DNA of 64,000 bases from an uncultured delta proteobacterium (GTDB lineage: Bacteria; Myxococcota; Myxococcia; Myxococcales; Myxococcaceae): the NCBI GenBank assembly GCA_963771175.1, contig CAVYSY010000040.1:288001-352000 (forward strand). The letters run 5' to 3'. Position 1 is the stretch's first letter. Every line of letters starts with the position of its first letter. The notes under the pieces are model-generated. The model did not search any database. It saw only the letters and a program-made list of their open reading frames with translations, and was not told the DNA's origin. The translations under genes and the position numbers were made by a program. Shown piece after piece: positions 43,066 through 52,658 of the stretch.

Positions 43066-45276
43066 ATGACGTCCTCTTCTTCTGTTCCAGGCTCCAGATG
43101 GCCGCAGGGCCCGTGGCGTGCCGTTCCGTTCGTATTGGCGGTGGCGCTCGCGTGCTCGGTGACGTTGCGCCTGGGGCCGAGCGCCATTCGGAACTCCTCC
43201 CTGCGCTGGATCGTGATGGGGGCGCTGGCCCTCCTGCTGGTGCTGCCCGTCCGCTGGTTGGTGGAGCGCGTGCTCGTTCCGGGGTTGCGGCCGTACTCGT
43301 GGAAGGGGCGGAGCGCCTGGATCGTGGGGGCCCTGGCGGGAGCCCTGCTGCTGTGCGTGGCGATTCCGGTGAAGCCCCTTCGTCCGCGTGAGCTCCACCT
43401 GGAGATCACCGCCCTCGGGGAGAAGAATCCCTCCAGCCAGGGCACAGAGGTCTGGGTACACGGGCTGCTATCGAAAACCGATGGGCATCCCGTCTCCCTC
43501 GAGGCCAGGCGCACCGGCCAGTGGAAGGATGAGCAGGGCTCGCTGATTTCGACGGGAACGCCTCCCGCGACCCTGCGGTGGGATGGCTTCCTCGATCAGG
43601 ACTCGGAACTGGTGCTCACCCAGCATCCCTGGTCGGGGTTCGTCCGCATCACCCTGAACGGGGAGACCCAGCAGGTGGACCTCTTCTCCGCCTCGGCGGG
43701 GCAATGGGTGCTGCCCGTTCGGCCCGCTGCCGCCCCGGCCTTCACGGAGGGGTGGGTTCTGCGCCGGTTGAGCCGGCTGTCGGAGATTCTGGGGATCGCC
43801 CTCCTGTTGCTGCTCGCCGGCGTCGGCCTGTCCACCTGGTCAGGGCCCGCGCGTCAGGCCGAGCCGAGCCGTTGGAGCTGGGTGGCTCCCGCCGCCGTGT
43901 GCGCGGCGGTCTGGAGCGTCTTCCTGGTGGCGTTCTGGCCGGGTCTGCTGTCCTTCGACTCGGTCGTCCAATGGGGACAGATGGTCACGGGGCAGCTCAG
44001 CAACGGTCACCCGGCGCTCCACTCGATGATGATCTGGCTCGTGACGCGCGTCTGGCACTCGCCGGCCGCGGTGGCGCTGTGCCAGGTGTTGGCGCTGTCC
44101 CTCACCTTCGGTCTGGCCGTGCGCGAGATGGGACGTTGGGGCGTGCCGGCATGGGCCCGTGGGCTGGTGACGGTCCTCTTCGCGTTCTCGCCCGCCAATA
44201 CCGCGCTGAGCATCACCCTGTGGAAGGACGTGGCCTACAGCACCACGTTGCTGGCGGTTTCCACGATGCTGATGAGACTGGCCCGTACCCGGGGCGAGGC
44301 GCTGCGGTCGAAGGCCTTCGTCGGCGGGCTGACGGGGCTGCTCTCGCTCGCCATGCTGCTGCGCCACAACGGCCTGCCGGTCGCCGTGCTCCTGCTGGGG
44401 CTGCTGGCCATCATCGTGCCGCGTGAGCTGCGGCGCCGGGTGGGCGCGGTGGCGCTCGGCTGTATCGTGGCGTTCGCGCTGGTCACGGGCCCGTTCTACC
44501 GGGCGCTGGGCGTGGCGCCGATGCCGCGGGCCTTCGCGTACTCGCAGGTCTTCCACCAGATTGGTGCCATCGTCCACGCGGCGCCGGACTCCCTGTCGAA
44601 GGAGGATCGCGCGCTGCTCGAGTCCATGCAGCCCATGAAGATCTGGCGGGACGACTACGACAAGTTCTGCGTCAACTCGCTGATCTACAACAGCGAGCTC
44701 AAGTGGAATGTCTTCGACGACTCCCCCGAGCCGGGCCGCGCGCTCGTCCGTCTGTGGTTGAAGCTGCTGCCCCATCATCTGCCGACGGTGATCGAGCACC
44801 AGCTCGGTGCCAGCTCGCTCATCTGGCGGGTCCAGCAGGACGAACATGGGTACTCGTACCTGTACCAGTTCGATGTGCCCCCGAACGATTTCGGGTTGAA
44901 GCGGGACACCCTGTGGCCGCGAGGCGAGCGGGCGTTGATGCGGTGGCTGGAGGCCACGGTCGAGCTGAAGGTGTGGTTCTGGCGGCCGGCGCTCCTGCTG
45001 TACCTGAGCCTGTTCTGCGCGGTGATCGCCGCGGTGCGGCTGCGCCAGGGCTGGGTGGTGCTGGGCATCCTGCCGGCGGTGCTCAACTCGGCGGTCCTGA
45101 TGGGCCTGAGTCTGGCTCAGGACTTCCGTTACCAGTACCCGATGCACGTCGCGGGTCTGGTGTTTGTGTCGCTCCTGTTCGTACGGCGCGAGGCTCAGTC
45201 GGTGGTGGTCCCCGTGGCCCATCCCGAGCAGCCCGCGGCCGTCCCGGCCGGGTCTCCGTCGAAGATGGCGGTCTGA
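43066..45276 (+). CDS. Polytopic membrane protein, GT-C-like (putative polyprenol-P-sugar-dependent glycosyltransferase)
   Basis: Many TM helices; WPGLLSFDSVVQW...NGHPALH, LWKDVAY, LRHNG, QDFRYQYP. This is the coding part of ORF 40810-45276. Confidence 0.75.
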   Translation: MTSSSSVPGSRWPQGPWRAVPFVLAVALACSVTLRLGPSAIRNSSLRWIVMGALALLLVLPVRWLVERVLVPGLRPYSWKGRSAWIVGALAGALLLCVAIPVKPLRPRELHLEITALGEKNPSSQGTEVWVHGLLSKTDGHPVSLEARRTGQWKDEQGSLISTGTPPATLRWDGFLDQDSELVLTQHPWSGFVRITLNGETQQVDLFSASAGQWVLPVRPAAAPAFTEGWVLRRLSRLSEILGIALLLLLAGVGLSTWSGPARQAEPSRWSWVAPAAVCAAVWSVFLVAFWPGLLSFDSVVQWGQMVTGQLSNGHPALHSMMIWLVTRVWHSPAAVALCQVLALSLTFGLAVREMGRWGVPAWARGLVTVLFAFSPANTALSITLWKDVAYSTTLLAVSTMLMRLARTRGEALRSKAFVGGLTGLLSLAMLLRHNGLPVAVLLLGLLAIIVPRELRRRVGAVALGCIVAFALVTGPFYRALGVAPMPRAFAYSQVFHQIGAIVHAAPDSLSKEDRALLESMQPMKIWRDDYDKFCVNSLIYNSELKWNVFDDSPEPGRALVRLWLKLLPHHLPTVIEHQLGASSLIWRVQQDEHGYSYLYQFDVPPNDFGLKRDTLWPRGERALMRWLEATVELKVWFWRPALLLYLSLFCAVIAAVRLRQGWVVLGILPAVLNSAVLMGLSLAQDFRYQYPMHVAGLVFVSLLFVRREAQSVVVPVAHPEQPAAVPAGSPSKMAV

Positions 45277-45325
45277 GTCCGACCTTTGATAGCAACGCTG
45301 CTGCCTCGTCTCCGGAGTCCGTAGA

Positions 45326-46488
45326 ATGTCGCCGCTCTTCATCGCCGTCCTCGTTGGCTTCTTCGTGCTGGTGTTCTCCCAGTTCGGAGCTCGGCTAGCT
45401 GCCCGACACTCGGTCTCGTGGTACCTGGTCAGTGCCTTCATCTTCGTGGCGTCCGTGCGGCCCCAGTGGCTGCGGCCCCTGGCGGACCTGATGGGCATCC
45501 AGCTCATCAGCAACCTGGTGCTCGCGGTGCTGACGATGTTCCTGTTCGCGCAGATGCTCGAGCAGTACTCCGAGTCCACGCGCTCGCAGCGGCAGATGGT
45601 CCGGCTCGTGGCGTCCCTGGCCGCCCAGAACTTTCCGCTTCCCACCTCGGCCCGCTCCGAGCGCCTCCGGGTGCTGGTGGTGCTGCCCTGCTACAACGAG
45701 GCGGAGAACCTGCCCCACCTCGTGCCGCAGCTCACCGCCCTCAAGCGCTCCACCCCGGAGCTCGAGCTGGATTTCTGCATCGTCAACGATGGCTCCGTCG
45801 ACGCGACTCCGGTCCTCCTGCGGGAGCTGGCGCCCGCCAACCACGTCTCGCACCACACCAACATCGGCGTGGCCGGCGTGCTGCGGACCGGCTTCGAGAT
45901 CGCCCGGCGCATCGGCGCCGACTACGCCATCCAGTGCGACTCGGATGGCCAGCACCCCATCACGCGCATTCCCGCTCTCGTCCGCATCGCGCAGGAGCGG
46001 GGCGTGGACATGCTCATCGGTTCGCGCTTCGCCCCCGGAGGCGAGGGGGATGGGCTGGAGAGCACCACGAAGCTGCGGCGCCTGGGCGGCATCATGGTGA
46101 GCACCACCCTGCGGCTCTTCCGGGGCGCGCGGGTGGAGGATCCGACGTCCGGCTTCCGCGTCTACTCGCGCCGGGCCATGAACACGCTGCTGCGGCAGAT
46201 GCCGGACGAGTACCCCGAGCCCGAGGCCATCGCGCTGGTGGCGCTGGCGCGGCTGCGCATCGAGGAGACGCACGTCACCATGATGCCGCGCACGCTGGGC
46301 ACCTCGAGCATCAGCGGGCTCAAGAGCGCGCGCTTCATGACGAAGGTGACGTCGGCGCTGCTCGGGCTGCGGTTGCGCACACTCTTCCGTGACCGGGAGG
46401 CGCAGGTGCCCGCGCCCGCTCCGGTCACCTCGCTGAACCCGCGGCCCCGGCCAGCGCCCCCGTGGAGGAGCCTTCCGCCCGGGTCTGA
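45326..46488 (+). CDS. DUF2304-like membrane domain fused to a GT2 polyprenol-phosphate glycosyltransferase; frameshift near 46438
   Basis: Three N-terminal TMs (LADLMGI..SNLVL...QMVRLVASLA), then VLPCYNEAENL, VNDGSVD, QCDSDGQH, IGSRF, DPTSGFR, YPEPE. The shifted frame gives AAPASAPVEEPSARV-stop, abutting the convergent gene. Confidence 0.82.
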
Positions 46489-46489
46489 G

Positions 46490-47578
46490 TCAGCGGCGAG
46501 TAGGGACGAGCCCCTCCAGCGTCACCGTCCCGCGCGTCAGCATCAGCAGGCCGAGCGCCACCTGGTGCAGCACGGTGGCCAGCCACATCACGTTGGCGAA
46601 GGCCAGGCCCGTGCCATTGAGCACGGCCGCGGGAACGAAGAGCGAGAGGCTCACCTTCACCCCCGCCTGGAAGGTGCCCGCCATGCCCGGTGCGGCGGGG
46701 ATCATGCCCCCCAGCACCGTGACGCCGAGCACGACGAAGCTCTGGAACACGTCCAGCCTGAGGGGCATGCAGCTGCCCGTCTCGCCCGCGCAGTCGAAGG
46801 CGTACGCGAGCACCAGGATGGCCACTCCGTTGACCACCCAGATGACCACCGTCATCACGGCCGTGGAGAGGAACTGCCGCAGCCCGGATACCTGGCGTAC
46901 GGCGCCCACGAACGAGTCCATCAGCCCGGCTACGCGCTCGGCGAGCCCCGGAGACAGCCAGCCCAGGCCGCGGCGCACCCAATGCACCGCCAGCGCCCGC
47001 TGCCAGTACGCCAGCAGCAGCACTGCCCACAGGCCGAGGAAGGCCGCCAGCATGAGGTGGGTGCCCCAACGCAGGTAGCGCAGCGTCTCGGTGGCGTCCC
47101 CGAGCCACCACAGCGTCCCCTCCAGCAGCAGCGCGATGGCGATGCCGTCGATGATGCGCTCCAGCACCACCGAGGTGAGCGCGGCGCTCGCGCGGATGGA
47201 GGAGCGGCGCGAGATGAGCACGGGCCGCGCGAACTCGCCCAGCCGCAGCGGCAGCAGGACGAAGAGCATGTTGCCCACCGCCGTGGCCTCGTTGAGGGGG
47301 CGGAAGGGCACGCGCTCCAGCCCCGACAGCAGGCTTCCCCAGCGCAGGGCCCGCAGCCAGTGGACGCACTGGAGGAGCACCACGTGGGGCACCAGCCAGA
47401 GGAAGTTGGCCGTCCTCAAGCTGGCCCACATGTCCGCCCAGCGCAGATCATGGAAGGCCCACCAGCCGAAGAGGCCCGTGAGCCCGAAGCTCAGCAGCAG
47501 GCGCGCCGCGGCGCGGCCCCGCCCCATTCCCTGTTCCACGGTGGCGGCGGCCGCGGCCGGAGGTGTCTCAGTAGGCAT
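46490..47578 (-). CDS. Lysylphosphatidylglycerol-synthase TM (UPF0104/AglD2-like) putative flippase
   Basis: LRALRW, LPLRLGEFARP, SVVLERIID, IPAAPGMAGTF; highly hydrophobic. Confidence 0.85.
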   Translation of the reverse strand: MPTETPPAAAAATVEQGMGRGRAAARLLLSFGLTGLFGWWAFHDLRWADMWASLRTANFLWLVPHVVLLQCVHWLRALRWGSLLSGLERVPFRPLNEATAVGNMLFVLLPLRLGEFARPVLISRRSSIRASAALTSVVLERIIDGIAIALLLEGTLWWLGDATETLRYLRWGTHLMLAAFLGLWAVLLLAYWQRALAVHWVRRGLGWLSPGLAERVAGLMDSFVGAVRQVSGLRQFLSTAVMTVVIWVVNGVAILVLAYAFDCAGETGSCMPLRLDVFQSFVVLGVTVLGGMIPAAPGMAGTFQAGVKVSLSLFVPAAVLNGTGLAFANVMWLATVLHQVALGLLMLTRGTVTLEGLVPTRR

Positions 47579-48428
47579 CGAAGTCGAGCGCACGGAAGCG
47601 CAGGCGCGACACGTCCAGGCTCGGACGCTTGCCGGTGAGATCCCGGTAGATGAGGTTCAGCGGCGAGGGCCGCAGCCGCTCCGGGATGGTCGGGTAGAGC
47701 GAGCGCTTGAAGTGGCGGCTCGGGTCGATGCCGAGCCACAGCCGCACCGGGTTGGGGCTGAAGGGCGCGGTGCGCTCCAGGGACGTGGGGCAGAGTGGCC
47801 GCGGGAAGTCTCCGAGGATGGCCTGGATGCCGGCCTTGCCCGTGGGTGCCTCCACCCGGACGGACTCGCCCCGCTGGCGCAGGCGGTAGGCCCGGCTGGG
47901 GTTGGCCAGACGCCAGGCCAGCAGCTCGCGATCCCAGAGCACCTCGAACTCGGAGGTGAAGCGCGGATCCTGGGAGGGCAGGGGGCCCACGCCCAGCCGG
48001 GCCTCGAGCGGCGACACGAGCTGGAAGCCCAGCTTGCGGGTGAAGCCCGGGGTGCTGTTGGCATTGGCCACGCCCACCACCAGCTCATATCCCTGCGAGG
48101 CGGCGTACTGGTATGTCGCGTCCGCCAGCTTCGTGAACAGCCCCTTGCCCTGGTGCTGCGGGTGGGTGGCAGTGTTGAGCGAGAGCAGCCCCTTGCAGGC
48201 GCGGCCCTCGAGCTGGACGCGGATGGGGAGCGTCACATAGTGCGCCGCGAGCGTCTCACCCGCGAAGGCGTTGAAGCCCACGGCGGGGCCGGCGGGGTTC
48301 CGCACGTACTGCCAGGTGAGGTAGGCCTGAGTGAACTGGGCCGCGGCGGAGGGGAATACCTCCGTCAACAGGCGGTGGTAGCTCTGGAGCGACGGCTCGC
48401 TCAGATCGATCTGCCGGAGGTCGTACAT
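47568..48428 (-). CDS. GNAT-family acyltransferase
   Basis: YLTWQYVRNPAG, TATHPQHQGKGLFTKL, GVANANSTPGFTRKLGF. Confidence 0.85.
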   Translation of the reverse strand: MYDLRQIDLSEPSLQSYHRLLTEVFPSAAAQFTQAYLTWQYVRNPAGPAVGFNAFAGETLAAHYVTLPIRVQLEGRACKGLLSLNTATHPQHQGKGLFTKLADATYQYAASQGYELVVGVANANSTPGFTRKLGFQLVSPLEARLGVGPLPSQDPRFTSEFEVLWDRELLAWRLANPSRAYRLRQRGESVRVEAPTGKAGIQAILGDFPRPLCPTSLERTAPFSPNPVRLWLGIDPSRHFKRSLYPTIPERLRPSPLNLIYRDLTGKRPSLDVSRLRFRALDFDAY

Positions 48429-48435
48429 GGCGGGG

Positions 48436-49350
48436 TTATCTCTCGCCCACGGCGCGGGCCATGGCGGGGGGCTCCCAGTGGGGGAGGCTGACGGGGGTGA
48501 GGAGGGCACGGGCGTCCGCCACGCGCTGCGGCAGGGCCTCGAAGGGGCCGAACTGGCGCAGCAGGGCGGCGAGCCGCTCCTCGGTGCGGCGCAGTTGGAA
48601 GTAGTGAATGGTCCGCGCCACGAAGGAGGTGTAGGGCAGGTCTCGCGGCTGCTCCAGATCCAGCTCCCAGGGGTGGACGTAGAGCACGACGTTGCGCCCA
48701 GCGCCCAGGTTGCGCCGCACGAGCCACTCGGTCACCGTCAGCGGTAGCGCCCGCAGGTAGAAGCCACCGCCGAAGGGCACCTTCATGCCGCCCAACAGCG
48801 CCACCGACGGGGGAATCTCCACCAGGCCCGGCGTGAGCGCGTAGGGATCCACCGGCGCGTCCGGGATGCCATAGAGGTGGTTCTTCGTCGGGAAGATGCT
48901 GGAGTCCACCTCGAAGCCCGCGGCCTCCAGCCGCTCCACCGCCCAGAGGGAGGCGCGGGTGATGGACCAGCAGGGGGCGCGGTAGGTCGTCACTGGGGCG
49001 CCGCCGATGTCCTCCAGTTGCTGGCGTCCCGCGCGGATGGCGGCCTCGAAGGCGTCCGGCTGCTGGTTGTAGACGAGCCGGTGATCCATCCCGTGCAGGC
49101 CGATGTGGTGTCCCGCGGCTACCGCGCGCCGCACCATCTCCGGGTTGCGGCGTGCGCAGTCCACGAGGAAGAAGAGGGTGGCGCGCGCCTTGTGCTCCTC
49201 GAGCAGATCCAACAGCCGCTCCATGGGAGGGGCGACGCGCGAGGGTGCATCCGTCATGTCCGGGAAGTCGGCGGTCCAGTCTTCGACGTCGATGGTGAAG
49301 AAGGCTCGTCCGCTCCTGGGCGTGGAGTGAGGCGATGCGGTATCGGTCAT
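48436..49350 (-). CDS. Polysaccharide deacetylase (CE4, DUF3473-type)
   Basis: FTIDVEDW, ATLFFL, IGLHGMDH, YRAPCWSI, DSSIFP, GGGFYLR, YVHPWELD. Confidence 0.9.
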   Translation of the reverse strand: MTDTASPHSTPRSGRAFFTIDVEDWTADFPDMTDAPSRVAPPMERLLDLLEEHKARATLFFLVDCARRNPEMVRRAVAAGHHIGLHGMDHRLVYNQQPDAFEAAIRAGRQQLEDIGGAPVTTYRAPCWSITRASLWAVERLEAAGFEVDSSIFPTKNHLYGIPDAPVDPYALTPGLVEIPPSVALLGGMKVPFGGGFYLRALPLTVTEWLVRRNLGAGRNVVLYVHPWELDLEQPRDLPYTSFVARTIHYFQLRRTEERLAALLRQFGPFEALPQRVADARALLTPVSLPHWEPPAMARAVGER

Positions 49351-49439
49351 GACGGTAGGCGCCCTCCGTGAGCGCAAGGCGGCCACGACGTATCCGAAAG
49401 AGTGGGGGGCATCAAGTCAGAGCCGTCCGGCGGCCCGCC

Positions 49440-49880
49440 TCAATCCCGCCGCCCTTCCAACCGGGCGAGCCGCTCCTCCACCTCCTTGCGCCAGAGGGCC
49501 TGGGTGCGGGCCTGGACCTGCTGGTGCTCGTAGACAGTGGCCAGCGAGTCGAGGATGGCCTCGTTGAACTCCACCTGGCGGCGCAGCACCTCGTTGATGA
49601 AGGGCTGGAAGGCGAGACGGAAGGCCCGCTTGGCCAGCACGAGCGCGGGGCCCACCACCGGGCGATGCGAAGTGGCGGGCTCCACGTAGCGGCTGTCCTT
49701 CTTGTTGCGTGGCGCCTGCAGGACGGGAGGCCACTCACGCTCGACGGGGGCCTGCTTGGAGGACTCCAGCTTGCGGCGCAGCGCCTCCAGCGCCTCGGGA
49801 GGGGGAGGGGGTAGCCGGGCCACCTCGGCGGCCACGGCCTCGGGGGTGGGCGAGCGGGTGAGCAGATCTTCAGCGTTCAT
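49440..49880 (-). CDS. Small hypothetical protein: SHR...QxxFN module plus coiled coil
   Basis: TSHRPVVGPALVLAKRAFRLAFQPFINEVLRRQVEFN; overlaps the stop of the upstream GT4. Confidence 0.82.
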   Translation of the reverse strand: MNAEDLLTRSPTPEAVAAEVARLPPPPPEALEALRRKLESSKQAPVEREWPPVLQAPRNKKDSRYVEPATSHRPVVGPALVLAKRAFRLAFQPFINEVLRRQVEFNEAILDSLATVYEHQQVQARTQALWRKEVEERLARLEGRRD

Positions 49881-51510
49881 GGGCTTCTCCGATGCGCGCG
49901 AGCAGCCCAGCGAGCCGGGCCGCGGTGGTGTCGGGGGACGAGGGCTTCAGCTCCAGCAGGCGGGTGCCGAGCGTGCGCCGGGCCTCCGCTCGGGAGGAGT
50001 CGGGCAGGGTGGAGTCCGCCACGCCCCAGGCGCGAGAGGGGAGGCGGGCGAGTAGCTCGCGGGCGCTCGCCGTCTCCACGCCCAGCAGCACTGGCACCGC
50101 CTCCGAGCCCACCACGGCCGTCTCCAGCGAGGAGGCTCCCGGCAGCTCCGCGGAGGGCTCGCGGGAGAGCGGCTCGTCCGGGGTGAAATGCCATGTCTCG
50201 ATGCCGCCAGCACACTCCACTTCGGGCGCCGGGCGGGGCGAGGGCACGCCGGGACGAAGTGTCAGCAGGCGAACATGGCCGAGCTTCTCCGCCACGCGCC
50301 GGGCCAGCCTCGCCATGTCCGAGCCGGGGTGGGGTCCGAGGGCGGGGCACACCAGATCCACCGGAGCCGGGGCCGCGGGGGCCCGGGGTGCCTCGAGCGA
50401 GCCCTCGATGAAGGGGCGCAGGGCCTGCTTCCACCGCGTGGCCACCGTGTCCTGCCCGAGCGCCGCCAGCCGCGCGCGCTGCGCCTCCAGCACCTGCCCG
50501 CGCAGGCCCGCGTTGCGCTCCACCACGGCCAGCAGCCCGGCCACCTCCAAGGGGTCCCGCGAGAGCGTGGTGAGCCCCGCGCCTCCCATCGTCTCGGGGA
50601 CGGCGGCGGCGCCGTAGGCCACCACGGGGACGCCGCGGTGCATGGCCTCCAGGAGCGGGACGCCGAAGCCCTCGTGCCGGCTCATGGAGAGGTAGGCGGT
50701 GGCGGTGGCGAAGCACGCGGAGAGCTGCGCGGCGCTCACCCGCCCGAGGAAGAGGACGCGCTCGGGGCCCAGTGCGTCCCGCAGCCCATGGAGGAAGCCC
50801 CCGTAGGGCGTCTCGCGGTTGAGGTAGCCGGCCACGACGAGCCGGCTGCGGGGCTGGTACAGCCGCTGGTACGCGGTGAAGGCGCGCAGCACGTCGTCCA
50901 CGCGCTTGTGCGGCACGGCGCGGCCCACGAAGAGGACGTTGGCGCACCCGTCCTCCAGCTCGGCGCGCAGCACCGGATCCGCGGGGGCGTCGAAGGCGCT
51001 CCAGTCCATCGCGAAGGGCAGCACGGACACGTGGGGGACGCCCGCGGCCACCAGCTCCTCGGCGCTGAAGCCCGAGTACGCATACGCGCACTCCACCAGG
51101 GGGCGCAAGGCGAGCAGCTCCTCGCGCGCCGCGGTGCACGCCTGGGCCACCTTGCGCTCGAAGCCCTCGAAGAGCCGGGCGGGAGTGATGTTGTGGTACA
51201 CGAGTGCCTTGCGGCCGGGCGAGCGGGCCACCAGCGGCACCATCCGTGATTCGAAGCTGTGGTGGATGAGCAGCGCGCTGTCCGTGTCCGCCTCCCGGGG
51301 ATAGTCCCTCGCCGGGCGGACCTGCTGGCGGCACTCCTCGTCCCACTGCTCGGCGTAGATCTCCGAGGCGTAACCCCAGCTCCGGAGGAGCGCTCGCAGG
51401 TAGCGAGCCTGGTTGCCCACCGCGTCGCCCCAGGCCAGGCGCGGCACGAGTTGGTGCACTGCTCGGGCTGGCGATGGCCCGGCGGGCCGTTTGCTTCTTG
51501 GGATGTTCAC
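49870..51510 (-). CDS. GT4 glycosyltransferase
   Basis: GDAVGNQ, YHNITP, LFVGRAVPHKR, SRHEGFGVPLLEAM. Confidence 0.9.
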   Translation of the reverse strand: MNIPRSKRPAGPSPARAVHQLVPRLAWGDAVGNQARYLRALLRSWGYASEIYAEQWDEECRQQVRPARDYPREADTDSALLIHHSFESRMVPLVARSPGRKALVYHNITPARLFEGFERKVAQACTAAREELLALRPLVECAYAYSGFSAEELVAAGVPHVSVLPFAMDWSAFDAPADPVLRAELEDGCANVLFVGRAVPHKRVDDVLRAFTAYQRLYQPRSRLVVAGYLNRETPYGGFLHGLRDALGPERVLFLGRVSAAQLSACFATATAYLSMSRHEGFGVPLLEAMHRGVPVVAYGAAAVPETMGGAGLTTLSRDPLEVAGLLAVVERNAGLRGQVLEAQRARLAALGQDTVATRWKQALRPFIEGSLEAPRAPAAPAPVDLVCPALGPHPGSDMARLARRVAEKLGHVRLLTLRPGVPSPRPAPEVECAGGIETWHFTPDEPLSREPSAELPGASSLETAVVGSEAVPVLLGVETASARELLARLPSRAWGVADSTLPDSSRAEARRTLGTRLLELKPSSPDTTAARLAGLLARIGEAHER

Positions 51511-51625
51511 GATTCCCCTGGCCTCTACCCTCGCGTCAGTTGTTGCACAAGGTCACTATTGACGACGCGGGGCCCCTCCACTACTCACGCCGTACCCCCT
51601 CCCCATTTCGTCGAGCGTGTCGTCC

Positions 51626-52645
51626 ATGAACGTACTGGTCACTGGCGGCTGCGGTTTCATCGGCTCCAATCTCATCAAGTACTTGCGCCGCGTGCGGCCG
51701 GACTGGACGCTCGTCAACCTCGACAAGCTCACGTACGCGGGCAACCTGGAGAACCTCAAGGAGCTCGAGGGAGACCCCCGGCACGTCTTCGTGCGCGGGG
51801 ACGTGGCCAACCGGGAGCTCGTCGAGCACCTGATGGCCGTGCACCGCATCGACGCGGTGATGCACCTGGCCGCCGAGAGCCACGTGGACCGCTCCATCCT
51901 CGGCCCCGAGGCCTTCATCCAGGCCAACGTGTTGGGCACCCAGCAATTGCTGGAGGCGAGCCGCCAGCAGGGGGTGACGCGCTTCCTGATGGTCTCCACC
52001 GACGAGGTGTACGGCTCCCTCGGGCCCACCGGGTACTTCACCGAGACCTCGCCCCTGCAGCCCTCCAGCCCCTACTCGGCGTCCAAGACGAGCGCGGATC
52101 TGCTGGCACTGGCCTGGCACCACACCTTCGGCATGGACGTGGTGGTGACGCGCTGCTCCAACAACTACGGCCGCTACCAGTTCCCCGAGAAGCTCATTCC
52201 CCTCATGGTGGTCAACGCCCTGCACGACAAGCCGCTGCCCGTCTACGGCGACGGCGGCAACGTGCGCGATTGGCTCCACGTGGAGGACCACTGTGCGGCG
52301 CTGCTGGTCGCGCTGGAGAAGGGGCGCTCCGGGCAGGTCTACAACATCGGCGGCAACTCCGAGCGCAAGAACATCGAGATCGTCAAGGCGATCCTCGGCC
52401 TGCTCGGAAAACCCGAGTCCCTCATCAAGTTCGTGAAGGATCGGCCGGGGCACGACCGGCGCTACGCCATCGACGCCACGCGGATGCGCACGGAGCTGGG
52501 CTGGGTGCCGGCGCACACCTTCGAGCAGGGCCTGAAGGAGACGGTGGGCTGGTACGTGGACAACCCGGCCTGGTGGGATCGGGTGATGAGCGGCGCCTAC
52601 CGCCAATACTTCGACACGCAGTACCGCACGCGGCTCAACGGTTGA
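51626..52645 (+). CDS. rmlB: dTDP-glucose 4,6-dehydratase
   Basis: VTGGCGFIGSN, DKLTYAGN, AAESHVDRSI, STDEVYG, YSASK, NNYG.YQFPEKLIP, DRPGHDRRY. Confidence 0.97.
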   Translation: MNVLVTGGCGFIGSNLIKYLRRVRPDWTLVNLDKLTYAGNLENLKELEGDPRHVFVRGDVANRELVEHLMAVHRIDAVMHLAAESHVDRSILGPEAFIQANVLGTQQLLEASRQQGVTRFLMVSTDEVYGSLGPTGYFTETSPLQPSSPYSASKTSADLLALAWHHTFGMDVVVTRCSNNYGRYQFPEKLIPLMVVNALHDKPLPVYGDGGNVRDWLHVEDHCAALLVALEKGRSGQVYNIGGNSERKNIEIVKAILGLLGKPESLIKFVKDRPGHDRRYAIDATRMRTELGWVPAHTFEQGLKETVGWYVDNPAWWDRVMSGAYRQYFDTQYRTRLNG

Positions 52646-52658
52646 GGGAGGGTTCCCG

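Noticed and set aside
46488..47638. C-terminal extension of the DUF2304-GT2 ORF
   Set aside because: Read-through antisense to the flippase caused by one indel near 46438; the shifted frame stops at 46488.
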